Below are positions 1-11,722 of a DNA stretch of 64,000 nucleotides, piece by piece. How positions within the stretch are numbered: the stretch's first letter is position 1; each line of letters starts with the position of its first letter. Source of the DNA: Octopus vulgaris. Lineage: Eukaryota. The translations under genes and the position numbers were made by a program. The DNA is taken from the NCBI GenBank assembly GCA_951406725.2, contig OX597823.1:87172001-87236000 (forward strand). The letters are read 5' to 3'. The notes below the pieces were generated by a model, which did not search any database, was not told the DNA's origin, and saw nothing but the letters and a program-made list of their open reading frames with translations.

Positions 1-30
<30 letters not shown>

Positions 31-31
<1 letters not shown>

Positions 32-186
32 GTTTAAATTAAACAGATATATTGACCAAAATTAGATAGAAATACCTTGACATACTAAAGAGAAAATTTA
101 ATTAATAAAATCGCCATTCGCTTCAACCACGGCCTCCAGACAACTTCGGAATGTCCTGCAACTCTTCTGAATGGTCTCTTTGTATA
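31..186 (-). mobile_element. Tc1/mariner-superfamily transposase C-terminal remnant and element end
   Basis: The minus strand reads KETIQKSCRTFRSCLEAVVEANGDFIN*, which matches the typical Tc1/mariner C-terminus (RF.SRLEAVVEA.G.FI). It is flanked by microsatellites. Confidence 0.65.
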
Positions 187-467
187 TAGATAGATAGATA
201 GATAGATTGATAGATAGATAGAGGGATAGATAGATAGATACATACATACATACATATATACATAAATACATACATATAGATATATACATATATATACATG
301 CATATATACATACATTCATATATATAGATATATGAGTGCATATACATATATACTTATGAATAAATATGTACGTATATGTATATGTATACGCGTATATATA
401 TAGATATATGAGTGCATATACATATATACTTATGAATAAATATATACGTATATGTATATGTATACAC

Positions 468-506
<39 letters not shown>

Positions 507-523
507 CACATATTTATACAGAT

Positions 524-578
<55 letters not shown>

Positions 579-1435
579 CATAGATAGATACATAGATTGA
601 TAGACATGTACGTGTGTGCATGTAGCTACGTAAGTATTTGTGAATGCATGCGTATGCAATTCCTTCAAATAGCTGCATTGTATTTCTCATAAGCACCTTT
701 ACAGCATCTAATGTATATAAGTAAAACATTCAATGCCTATGACATTTAGGAACAGCAACAACGCACTTTGAATATGACGTCGCTTTATGCCTCTGATCTT
801 TTCCATCACTCTTTGTAGACATCTGCTGTTCCCTAAAGAATAGCTAATAGATAAGAGTTTACGTTTGAAATAATAGAAAAAATGTTGTACGATAAGATAC
901 GTGTTCCTAGGCTTTATACACAAACTGTACTTCTGATGATACTCTATGACAGGGAAACATTTCCATTCCCAAGTCATACATTTATGTGTATACAGATGCT
1001 GGGACTGAGTTCCATTCAATATTACAATCATGGCATAGTTTCAAGATATTGGCTAAACCTAATGTTCTTTACGTTTTAACAAATTTGTGTGAATTTGTAT
1101 ACAGTTGTTTCGTAAGTAGCAGATGCTCAGCATTTTTCCTAATTGTAATCAGCATTTAATTGTAATGGTTGTCCAATATATATGTATGCCTGTATGTATT
1201 TATGCATATATGTATGTTTCTATATAGATAAGAAAATAGATAGAAAGATAAATATACATATGTATGAATATATAGATGTGTGTATGTTTATGTATATGTA
1301 GGTATATATATATATATAATTATATGTATATATTTATATACATATATATACACACAAAATTTTGATATATGGTAAAATTTTAAATATATATATGCATATA
1401 TATGTGTGTATGCATGTTTATACATTTATACATTT

Positions 1436-1481
<46 letters not shown>

Positions 1482-2425
1482 GTTAATATACACATATATA
1501 CATATATTACAAATATATTTGTTTACACATGGATATATATGCATATAGACACACACACACATATGAATATATATGTATGTATGTATGCATGTATGTATGT
1601 GTGTATGTAATGTATTCACACAGACATTCATAACATCACATAATAAAGAAATGCTAAATGCTTTTTAAAGCGGTGTCGCAAAAAATATAAAAAAAGAGTC
1701 ACGGTGTCATATTCAAACTTCTCTCTACCCAGAAATATTATTCTTACAGTTGAACAGAGGTCACTAAAAGAGGAAGACGGTCCGGTAAAAGAGACTACAA
1801 TTATCTCACAAAATGTAGCAAAACGTATGAATTTTTTACCACTATATTTTTTACAATATGTTCTCAATATCTTTTTACACTTATTCAGTTTCGTTATTCA
1901 TTCTATTTCATCTTTAAGATTTCTTATGTCTTTTTTTTCCTCTACATCATTTCATTTTACTTCTCCAAGGAGTCACTTTCAATCGAAAATAGAAAACTGA
2001 AAACCAGCGTATTTTTTAACTTTATTTCTTATCTCTCCATCTATTTTGTTGTTATTGATGATACCTTAGAAACTATATAACTATACCTGTCATATTCACT
2101 TACACTAAGAAGCACTTTTCTATTAAGTGGGACCCGATTCAACAGCTTTTCATGGAACATTTGTCGTTGACTTCTTAAAAGTTTTCATTTCCATTCTTTT
2201 TTTTTTCTTTGCACACTTCCATTTCAATGTATCTTTCCAGTATTTTGAACTCGGATGATAAAACTAATTTTTGCCAGATTATCCGCGAAAAAAATTTGAA
2301 CAACCCAATACCAAAGACATACTTCAAGAAAAGTTATTGAACATTCAAACAATTATTTCTTTCGTATTTTTCAGAAAATATCCCGCATTGGAAGCCTTTG
2401 TATTATTATCACTGTTGCTGTTGTT

Positions 2426-2585
2426 AAGGCATCGAACTGTCTGAATCGTTAGTACGCCAGTCAAAATATTTGCAATTTCTCTAGCTTTTTACGTTCTGCG
2501 TTCATATTCCGCAGATGACAACTTTGACTTGCATTTTTCGGGGTCGATAAATTAAATAACAATAAAAATTTCAGGCCTTGTGCTC
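2426..2585 (+). mobile_element. Degenerate tRNA-derived SINE, family B
   Basis: Diverged match to the family B head and core seen at 32411 (gaatcgttagtacgcc...cggggtcgataaattaa). Confidence 0.6.
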
Positions 2586-2621
2586 TTAGTTGAATGTATT
2601 ATTATCATTGTTATCATTCTT

Positions 2622-3167
2622 GAGTGAGAGAGCAGTGTATGCTATCAAAGTGACAATGGGGTACAAGTATATGAAGCCTAGTATTAACATCACGACTACA
2701 CGTCTGATAAGGGTACAATAGGCACATGCATCACAAACATATGTGCACGACATGGCGATCGAGATAGACACTGCATGACCGTAAAGTTGGGGACCAGCTA
2801 GAATGTTCTTCAGGCCTAGTAGCCCATCCCCTCAAAAGGTCCCTGAATATGGGTTGTTTAAGGATGTTGAACGAAACTCGCATGTTGCCAACAGTGAATT
2901 ATTCAAACCCCAAAGGTATCCTCTTAACACATGGCTATGATGCGCCCCCACTACTTATGCTCGGGATCAGAGATGCGCATATCGTCAGCCAGTAAGTGAC
3001 AAGCTCAACTGGTTAAGGTCAAGCAGCTTGCAAGAAAACATGTCATACTGAGTAGAATATTCGCTGTATCCGATCTTGTACACCTAGAAAAAACATTTAC
3101 ATGATAACACTTCCCATCAGTTAAGATCAGACTCCATGTGAGCTACTGCCTGATACTGCATTAGGGC
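2622..3167 (-). mobile_element. ~550-bp non-coding TAA-associated repeat, copy 1 (near full length)
   Basis: Homologous to 24140-24692 and five other copies. It is bounded by ATT-rich tracts, and the strand is assigned from the TAA-reading orientation. Confidence 0.85.
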
Positions 3168-3199
3168 TTTCATTATTATTATTATTATTATCATCATCA

Positions 3200-3278
<79 letters not shown>

Positions 3279-3280
<2 letters not shown>

Positions 3281-3860
3281 TCTCCATGTTTCTTACAATC
3301 ACTTTCCGAGTCACACCCAGCATCCTGAGGTGAGTGAAAGATACGTGATGTTACAGTATGGCTGAAAGCTTGGGGAGGGCAAGTGTCAGGGGCAGTAACG
3401 AAACATCTTCATTTAATACAACACACTAATTTAAACGCATAGTGATATTCTAAGTATGCGGACAGTGTTGTCAGCACAATCTTTATTTTTTTTTATTTCT
3501 CTGAGATATGGTTTTCCTGGTATCTTATATAGATGTTTTTGACATTCATTTTTTATCATATTTAGGAACCTACAATAACAGGAATTCTATAACTTTTTTA
3601 TTTCAATTTCCAGGTCTTTATATTTAGTTAATTTGTCAAATTCCTTTATACATATATTTTTATCAACGGGAACACATTTATTAGTCTACAACTGCCCCGT
3701 CTTTAATAACTATGTCTGGTCGATTATCCTGTATCGTTCTATCAGTCTTCTCCGGAAAATCCCATGGATAGTGACATTTTTACCTTCAACGGCTTGTTCA
3801 GGATGATATTCATAGCCGTAAGTAAGAGTGCTAATTTTGTAGTGTCTTCATATTTTTCAA
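3279..3860 (-). mobile_element. Degenerate R4/Dong-type LINE 3' end (REL endonuclease remnant)
   Basis: Minus-strand remnants WDFPEKTDRTIQDNRPDIVIKD and KEFDKLTKYKDLEIEI. The element ends in (TAA)n at 3171-3278. Confidence 0.75.
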
Positions 3861-4280
3861 TATGAATAATGTCCTACACTATCGTGAAGATTTTTATATT
3901 CTTAAACTACACCCACCTCAAATTACTGACATTACGCCAGAATTTGAAACCGATATTATATGTACATTAGTATTCTCAACTTCACCGTCATCACCATCTT
4001 CTCCGTACCCTTTTCTACCTCCTCATCCCCACCCTCATTATTTTAATCCTCTACCTAATTTTCTGTTTCTTCATTGCTCTTCTTCTTATGATATCTGGTG
4101 ATGACGGGCCCATTATTTTAATTAAATAAATGACGTATTGCCCACGAATTGGGTATATAAGCACATGCACACACACACACACACCACACCACACGCACAT
4201 ATATATATACATACACATACATATGCATATAAATATATCTATATATATAAATGTATATGTATACATAATTATACACACAC

Positions 4281-4317
<37 letters not shown>

Positions 4318-4614
4318 TATATATATATACGTGTATATATATATATTTATATATATACATACATATATATATGTATATATATATATATAATAATATATTA
4401 TTATATAGATATATATAATATAATACATATATATATGTACTTACATATATATATTATGGCTGCCCCCTCGTTATCGAGTATGACCATTGCACGAAGCTTA
4501 ACTGTTACTGGTGCTGTGATCGAATGTGACATTTTAGCCCAGCCAAAGTTCTACAATGTCTTGTACAGAATTGGCAACGCAAACCTTTACTGGTAATAGC
4601 CGGCTATAGTTGTA

Positions 4615-4688
<74 letters not shown>

Positions 4689-5939
4689 CAAATATATATA
4701 TCTATATATCATTCAACTACGGTAGTGGTTGAATAAAACTCTTAAGGCCGCAATTTACTCACACGCAGCATTTTTCTGAGCTTGTTACTAATTCAGTTCT
4801 TCACCAAATTGAATACTGTTACCATTTGTGAAGACGACTAGTCCCTAGCTATATTTAAGCATAAAATAAGTGGGCATGGCATGATGCATTAACACCTGAT
4901 GCAATGCACGGTGCAAAAGTACCATTTCATGTTTCACGAGACTTGAACTGCTAGAATCTCTCACCATATAGCTTGAGGCGAATTCGAAATGTAAATTTCG
5001 CTAAGCATATTATGTTACCTGAAGAGGCTCTTTTGCACTGTGCATTGTATCTGGTGTTATTGCATCGTTCCACGCTCAATAGGGAGCAGTGCAATATGAA
5101 ACCGAAAAGGCTGTTGATGAAAGGCCAATCCACCTTGGCAGAATTTGAACTAGTTATTTCCTTAGCTCCGAATAGACGAAACGCAAAATTGCCCTCGGCA
5201 GAATTTGAACTCGTAACGTTCTGAACTCAGCTAATAGTTGAATATTATATTCGTGATGGTAATTATTTTTTAATTAATTTCACCACAACGTTTTCTAATC
5301 TCACCATACATTCAAAATAATTTTTTGTCACAGAACCCCTTCATCACAGCTACACTCTTAAAGTGATATATATTTCGATTATTGTAAATAGTTTCTGAAG
5401 TTCCCATCTAAATTTGTTAATTCACTTCTCCTGCATTCTTATAATAATTATTATACTTTATCATTATTGGATTAGATACAGTATTGATATCAATAAATAT
5501 ATTTTAGGTCTTTATCTAATTATTTTTTAATACTAAATTAATGCACCTATGATATTTATTCCTGAGATTTTCTTGCGCATGTTGTACTATACCGTATTCA
5601 TTAATGTCGTTTAAAAAGCATTTAAATTGATTTCTTTTTCTTCTTTTCTTTTACGAATATTAACACCTCGAAGCAATTATCCACTTAATTACTTAACGCC
5701 TCTTACAACAAATCGTAAATAAATGTTATTTCTAGCAGTTAGAATACTTTAAAAAATCACAAGTTTATATCACTTAATTTCATAAGTGAGAATGACAACT
5801 GAATTTTAATGAAATTACTGATGTTAAATACTCGGGTAAGAGACTGAAGATTGTTCGAGACAAATCGCTGGTCCTGATTCTACATTTCGGTATCAAATCA
5901 TTGCTTATAGTTTATGATATGAAAGGTCATCACTAGTAT

Positions 5940-6100
5940 AAGCTCAGACGTGGCAGTGTGATAAAAAGTTCGCTTCCCTAGTACACGGTTTCAGGTTCAG
6001 TTCCACTGCGTGGCACCATGAGTAACGGTCTTCTATTTAAGCCCTGAGGCCTATGAAACTCTTGTAAGATGCGGTAGACGAAAACTAAAAGAATACCGTT
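5940..6100 (+). mobile_element. SINE family A, head portion, diverged
   Basis: Contains ggttcagttccactgcgtggcacc and ggtagacgaaaactaaaagaa, similar to the copies at 11215 and 30471. Confidence 0.7.
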
Positions 6101-6720
6101 ATATATATATATATATAAACAGACCTCTATTACTGTTCACAGAGAGGTCGTAATTTTACGTACAAATAACAGTAATGGACGACTCGACTGGAGCCGTGAA
6201 TTTTTTTCAAGTCGTTTGAAAATTTAATTTATAAAAGGTGAAACTTCTTCAGCAACATACGCCAATTTAGGTTTTGTTATGTAGCTTAAACGGAAGTTTA
6301 TACGGTGAGGCATATAAATTACCACAGGTATTATTGACAAAGCTTCTGCACACTTGTTGACTCTTACTGATTAGTAACGATGTGATTGCAAATATTAGCA
6401 ATGTGACTAACCAGCGAACTGGCAAGTAATATGAACAATAAATGTCGAATCGATGCAATAACATTATAGCTAGTGCACAACATGTACGAGTGATTTGCTA
6501 ATGTATATTTGTTAGGAGAAAGAAAAGAAAAAAGAGAGAGAGAGAGAGGAGGACCATCAAGAAGGGACTAATATGTATATGCATACATATGTATACTTAC
6601 ACATAACACACACACACATGTATATACATGCATATATCTATATGTGTATTAAGGTTTATATGTGCGTGGTAAGTGTGCCGCCGGGGCGTACATGGGTCTG
6701 AGTGAATCTGTGCATTTGCG

Positions 6721-6753
<33 letters not shown>

Positions 6754-6884
6754 GTATATATGTGTGTGTGTGTGTGTGAGTATATATATATATGTAAATT
6801 AAAAACAATGAAAATCAGCAACCCATGTTAATAAGGGTAATGATATACGTGTGTACACACTCACACCAAATATATATTAATTCT

Positions 6885-7075
6885 TTTCAACTCTAGGCAC
6901 AAGGGCCGAAATTTGGGAGATAGGGGGCCAGTAGATTAGACCGATCCCATTATGCAACTAGTACTTAATTTATCGACCCCGAAAGGATAGAAGCAATGTC
7001 GACTTCGGTGGAATTTGAACTGAGAACGTAATGCGGCTAAGCGTTTCGCCCGGCGTGCAGACGTTTCTGCCAGAT
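6885..7075 (-). mobile_element. SINE family B
   Basis: Reverse complement of the family B core (gtacttaatttatcgaccccgaaaggat...gaatttgaactgagaacgta). Confidence 0.75.
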
Positions 7076-7088
7076 CACATATATGTAC

Positions 7089-7158
<70 letters not shown>

Positions 7159-7487
7159 TTATATATATATATGTAATTATATATATATGTATATAAATGT
7201 TTATATATATGTGTATACATGTATAATTATATAAATATATATATGTACACATATATATATGCATGTATATATGTAAACATATGTACATATATACATATAT
7301 ATACATATATACATATATATATATGCATACATATGTACATATATATACATATATCTATATGTAAACACACACACACACATATAAATATATATATACATAA
7401 AATTCACATCTAATGTAGGATAAAAATTTTTCGAAAAAATTTCTATCAATGGCCAGCATATTAAAAAATACCTTTAAAGGTTAAATT

Positions 7488-7624
7488 TATAAACAATTTA
7501 TAAATAAGGGCAAAAGAAAAAATTCCTAATGCCAAAATGGTTACATGGTTAATCACGTTATGTCTCTTTTCGGCATATTTTGGCATTAGAATATTTTTTC
7601 TTTCGCCCTTGCTTATAAATTGTT

Positions 7625-7628
<4 letters not shown>
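7488..7628. repeat. Inverted repeat, ~51-bp arms, 38-nt spacer
   Basis: tataaacaatttataaataagggcaaaagaaaaaattcctaatgccaaaat pairs with attttggcattagaatattttttctttcgcccttgcttataaattgtttata. Confidence 0.85.
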
Positions 7629-7673
<45 letters not shown>

Positions 7674-7714
7674 TTATGTATATGTATATATATATGCATA
7701 TATATATATTTGTC

Positions 7715-7745
<31 letters not shown>

Positions 7746-7969
7746 ATGTGTGTATGTGTGTGTATATATATATCTGTAAAGAAAAAAATAACGGAGAAAT
7801 AAACATATCACATGTTTATATGAAAAATATATATAAGTCTGTGTATTATTGTCATAATCAATGTCTATAGTTATATTATATAATTATAATGATACAAAGT
7901 ACTGCATTAATCCTCCCTTCTATACACATCTAATACATATGTACCTATGAGTATGTTTGAGACGAATTA

Positions 7970-8043
<74 letters not shown>

Positions 8044-8409
8044 CATAACTATGTGTGTGTATATATATATATATATGTATGTTCCTCATGTGTATGCAGT
8101 TTTATTCTTACATAACTAAAATAACTTTAAGATACATAGATTTTATAAATTACAATATTACTCCTCTTATAAGTTTCTCATACCTCTGTTTATATCTTAT
8201 CTAATATGAAAAATCTAATAATAATAATAACAATAATAATAATAATGATAATTGATTCTTTTGTATGCATATACATACAAACTTGCATGTACATTTAAGT
8301 GTAGGTATATATATATATTTATGTTTATTGATGTATATGTATGTATATGTATAAATATGTATATGTCTGTGTATTTATATTTATAACATTACCTTATTTA
8401 CTTTCTAAA

Positions 8410-8535
8410 ATCTCTGGCGAAGCCTAGAGAAACACCCATGTACCTCAATTTCATCTACAAATTACTTAAGTCCACTGGAGGTATAAATGAAGAATGAGGT
8501 ATTTTTCTGCCTCTTAACTGAAACAGCTGTAAGAT
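8410..8535 (+). ncRNA. Hammerhead-ribozyme-like motif (variant core, long stem II) in a probable Penelope terminal-repeat remnant
   Basis: atct-CTGGCGA-[long insert]-GAAAC-agct-GTA-agat: stem I atct/agat, palindromic stem III loop, GUA triplet. The core deviates from CUGANGA. Confidence 0.45.
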
Positions 8536-8936
8536 ATTATCCTAATTTCTATTCCTGGATCTTATATATTTTAATAATTACTGATATCTTTATACACTAT
8601 AATATTATAATATATGTAAAGCATAATATGTTATACATGTATGGATATTGTTATAATTGGCCTTTTAGTAAATAAATAAATTGACATAATATAATGTCTA
8701 AATGTTGATGAATACCACCTATTGATCCCCTCCATATTCTTATCGCTCTATAAATTAAGGGTAAAATAACTGTTTACCTTCACCCATTAACTACACTCGG
8801 TAATCTAATTGCAATGCAACAAAAAACACACTTGAGTATTAATAATTGGGTATTCTACCAGCAGTATATTGGATAGATACTATCCCTTAGTTGGCTGAAT
8901 TCATAAACTTAAACTTTCTTGGAATATATATATATA

Positions 8937-8975
8937 GGCGCAGGAGTGGCTGTGTGGTAAGTAGCTTGCTAACCA
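8937..8975 (+). mobile_element. SINE family A, 5' 39 bp (left piece of an interrupted copy)
   Basis: ggcgcaggagtggctgtgtggtaagtagcttgctaacca equals the 5' end of the intact copy at 19247-19615(-). It continues at 11215. Confidence 0.9.
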
Positions 8976-9673
8976 GACATGCGCAGTTAGTCGGTTGCTT
9001 CCTGTTGAGCTAGAGTGGACGTGAGTAACAAACTCCTTCCAACTAAAGAAAAAAGACCAAAAACGGAAAGTTGTCGAGGTAAGTGATTTTGTTTATTGTG
9101 AGTTGGGCATAATTTATTGCGTGCCAATTATTATTTCAGTAGGTTGTGTCCAACTCTGAGACAATTTCGCCTGCGCTAGGCGGCTGCCGTTTTTGTGTTC
9201 ATTGAAAAAAAAAAAAAAAAAAAAACAGTGGAGGGGCGTATCCTCAGAATTCAATACAGTTACCGTTAAAATCACCGTTGGCGGTAGCCAGTGCTGTGTT
9301 TGGATTTGTTGAATTTATTCCCTTGTCAGAGTACTTCGCAAGAAAAGTATAAAAATAAGCCACTATTGGATTACCTTTCGGACCTTTTTGTGGAGGTTGT
9401 GTTACAGTTGCGGTGTTCCAGGTTCAACCCAGGCCGGGAGTACCGCAAGGCCAGAATATTTTTGCTGTGTTTTTTCTGTTTATTAACTTTCTTTTGAACT
9501 TCATTTACCCCCCCCCCTTTTGTTTTTTCTTTATTGCGACTTTCCGTTAATTTCTTCCCTTCTGTTGTGCTTTCTCCTTTTTGTTTTTTCAAAAATCTAT
9601 CAAATTTATTTAGACTTTTGAACTTTTTTCTTCCTGCTTTTGAGTCTAATTTGAATATAATTTTTTAAAAAAC

Positions 9674-10918
9674 ATGGCAATGAAAAATAACAAAGTTTTG
9701 GAGTGGGAAATCATACTACCCAAAAAGTGGTTGAAGGACCGTGAAGATAGGACGGTGGTGTTGAGAACCTACTCCAAGGCACTTGACACCATCGCCCTAT
9801 TCGAAAAGACGGCAATTGAGGAGGAGTTGGAGGAATATTTGCCAACAATTAAATTCATTTCCAGGGGTGTCAAATATGGAACGGTGTGGTTGCTGTTTGA
9901 CACCCCTGAAGAGGCTTGCAAATTTGCTAGCGAACCCTTGGAGGGTAAGGAAATCTTATTCCTGCCCACTTACAAAAAAAAGAAATTGATGAAAGCTTGG
10001 ATCTGCGGACTGCCACCCGACATAGAACCCGAGTGGATAGAGGAGACTATCCGCCGGGGTCTGGGTGACAGCGAAACTAAGCTCCTCAATGTAAAAGTTC
10101 TTCCTGCGGCTGCTTGGGTTGGCTCGAAAGCAGTTTTGACCCTGTGGACCCAATCAGCCAATCTGGTTTTTCCAGATTTTTTGAAAATGGCCGGGTGCAG
10201 GTACCCGGTGATGCTTGAGGGTCGCCCCCCTAAGTGTCATCGGTGCTTGGAGTCCGGCCACATAAAGAAGAACTGTCCTCGGGAACAAAATAGGATCCCG
10301 GAACAGTTAAGTAAAACCCCTCTAGAAGAGGGAACGATAACGGCCGAGAAAGCAGAGGACTCCTCAAGCAGAGGCCGAAAGAGGAAGGTGAGCAACAATG
10401 GGTGCTCACCAAAGGATAATAGGGATGAGGAGAGGAGGGCGAATCTTCCAGCCACGGAGGAGACGCACCCTCCCTCAGTTGAAAAGGGAAAAAAAAAAAA
10501 AAAGAGGAAGAAAAACGGGACGTTGCCGGCTGTCAGTGTGGCACCGGAATGTCGCGGAACTACGTCGGTTGGGGTTGTGCCACCGACAAGAGAAGGAATA
10601 CCGTTGGCGGAAACTGTGCCGCCAACGAAAGAACTGAATGTATTGGTCCTCTTCTATAGAGGAGGAGAAATTGAAAAAGTGATGGAAGAGCACTACAAGG
10701 GAGCACCTTTAGCCTTCACACAGGACCCCGAATGGCCTCCGCAGGTAGCTGTGGAGGCCGTGGCGTTCGACGTGACGCTAGGGCTAAAGGAGCTCAATGA
10801 AGACTATAACTTGGTCCCGGGCGACGCGAACTCGGAACTTGACTACGTTCTGAGGGAGGCGTGGTTGATGGTGGAGGGCGCAGGCACAAGCTATTTCGAG
10901 GACGATATGTATTATTAG
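9674..10918 (+). CDS. L1/Tx1-type ORF1 nucleic-acid-binding protein (RRM-like region, CCHC zinc knuckle), 414 aa
   Basis: Uninterrupted non-repetitive ATG ORF. It has WICGLPPDIEPEWIEETI (RRM-like), VMLEGRPPKCHRCLESGHIKKNCP (CX2CX4HX4C) and a basic KKKKKRKK segment. Confidence 0.85.
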   Translation: MAMKNNKVLEWEIILPKKWLKDREDRTVVLRTYSKALDTIALFEKTAIEEELEEYLPTIKFISRGVKYGTVWLLFDTPEEACKFASEPLEGKEILFLPTYKKKKLMKAWICGLPPDIEPEWIEETIRRGLGDSETKLLNVKVLPAAAWVGSKAVLTLWTQSANLVFPDFLKMAGCRYPVMLEGRPPKCHRCLESGHIKKNCPREQNRIPEQLSKTPLEEGTITAEKAEDSSSRGRKRKVSNNGCSPKDNRDEERRANLPATEETHPPSVEKGKKKKKRKKNGTLPAVSVAPECRGTTSVGVVPPTREGIPLAETVPPTKELNVLVLFYRGGEIEKVMEEHYKGAPLAFTQDPEWPPQVAVEAVAFDVTLGLKELNEDYNLVPGDANSELDYVLREAWLMVEGAGTSYFEDDMYY

Positions 10919-11044
10919 TAATGGACTTAAGTCCAAAAATTGAAAAATTGTAAGAGGATTAATACCTCGTTTTGTATTAATAATGGACTGCTAAGCCCAA
11001 AATTGGAAAAATTGTAAGAGGTTTAATACCTCGTTTTGTGTTAA
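10919..11044 (+). repeat. Two tandem ~62-bp units at the start of the 3'UTR
   Basis: taatggact..aag.ccaaaa.t.gaaaaattgtaagagg.ttaatacctcgttttgt.ttaa occurs twice. Confidence 0.85.
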
Positions 11045-11214
11045 TCTTTTTAAAAAGAACAATGTTTTAGAGAAGCAAAAGTCGGCGGGCGCTTTCTGTC
11101 TTCTCCCATCCTTATCATCTTTCTTTCATTATCATTCACCTCATTAATGTCCTCGTCCAGCCCGCAAAGCTAACTTAATCTGTGTACTGCCTTTATGGCA
11201 AATGTTTTGAAATA

Positions 11215-11597
11215 AAGTAGCTTGCTAACCAACCACATGCTTCCGGGTTCTGTCCCACTGCGTGGCATCTTGGGCAAGTGTCTTCTGCTATAGCCCCGGG
11301 CCGACCAATACCTTGTGAGTGGATGTGGTAGACGGAAACTGAAAGAAGCCTGTCGTATATATGTATATATATATATGTGTGTGTGTGTGTTTGTGTGTCT
11401 GTGTTTGTCCCCCTAGCATTGCTTGACAACCGATGCTGGTGTGTTTACGTCCCCGTCATTTAGCGGTTCGGCAAAAGAAACCGATAGAATAAGTACTTAC
11501 AAAGAATAAGTCCCGGGGTCGATTTGCTCGACTAAAGGCGGTGCTCCAGCATGGGCGCAGTCAAAATGACTGAAACAAGTAAAAGAGTAAAAAGAGT
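11215..11597 (+). mobile_element. SINE family A, remainder of the interrupted copy
   Basis: B-box-like ggttctgtccc, CORE-like cttgggcaagtgtctt, internal (TA)/(TG) tract, and tail ggcggtgctccagcatgg...gactgaaacaagtaaaagag. Confidence 0.9.
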
Positions 11598-11619
11598 ATA
11601 TATATCTTTATATACATAA

Positions 11620-11665
<46 letters not shown>

Positions 11666-11722
11666 GTTGGCGATAATCCTCTCCACGACCTAGAAAAAGT
11701 AGACGCCTAATGACGCTATATA

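Larger units (their letters stand above)
8976..11214 (+). mobile_element. ORF1-only (HAL1-like) non-autonomous non-LTR retrotransposon of L1/Tx1 type
   Basis: Perfect 17-bp direct repeat aagtagcttgctaacca at 8959-8975 and 11215-11231. It has a ~700-bp 5'UTR, a single ORF and a ~300-bp 3'UTR ending in aataa(a), with no RT or EN remnant seen. Confidence 0.85.

Noticed and set aside
660-1130. Unique-looking sequence with short ORFs (708-1031, 882-1079)
   Set aside because: No recognisable domain, coding signature or splice pattern.
3862-4165. Possible Penelope GIY-YIG C-terminus (REDFYILKLHP) and tgatgacgggc...gcccacgaa motif
   Set aside because: The similarity is short and the core incomplete, so it cannot be supported without a search.
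6190-6258. Possible minus-strand hammerhead (ctgaagaag...cttgaaa)
   Set aside because: The stems rely on wobble pairs and the cleavage triplet is unclear, so it is too weak to call.
8937-11270. tRNA gene from the A/B-box-like SINE heads
   Set aside because: The heads continue into SINE core and tail in many copies, and no complete cloverleaf is supported.
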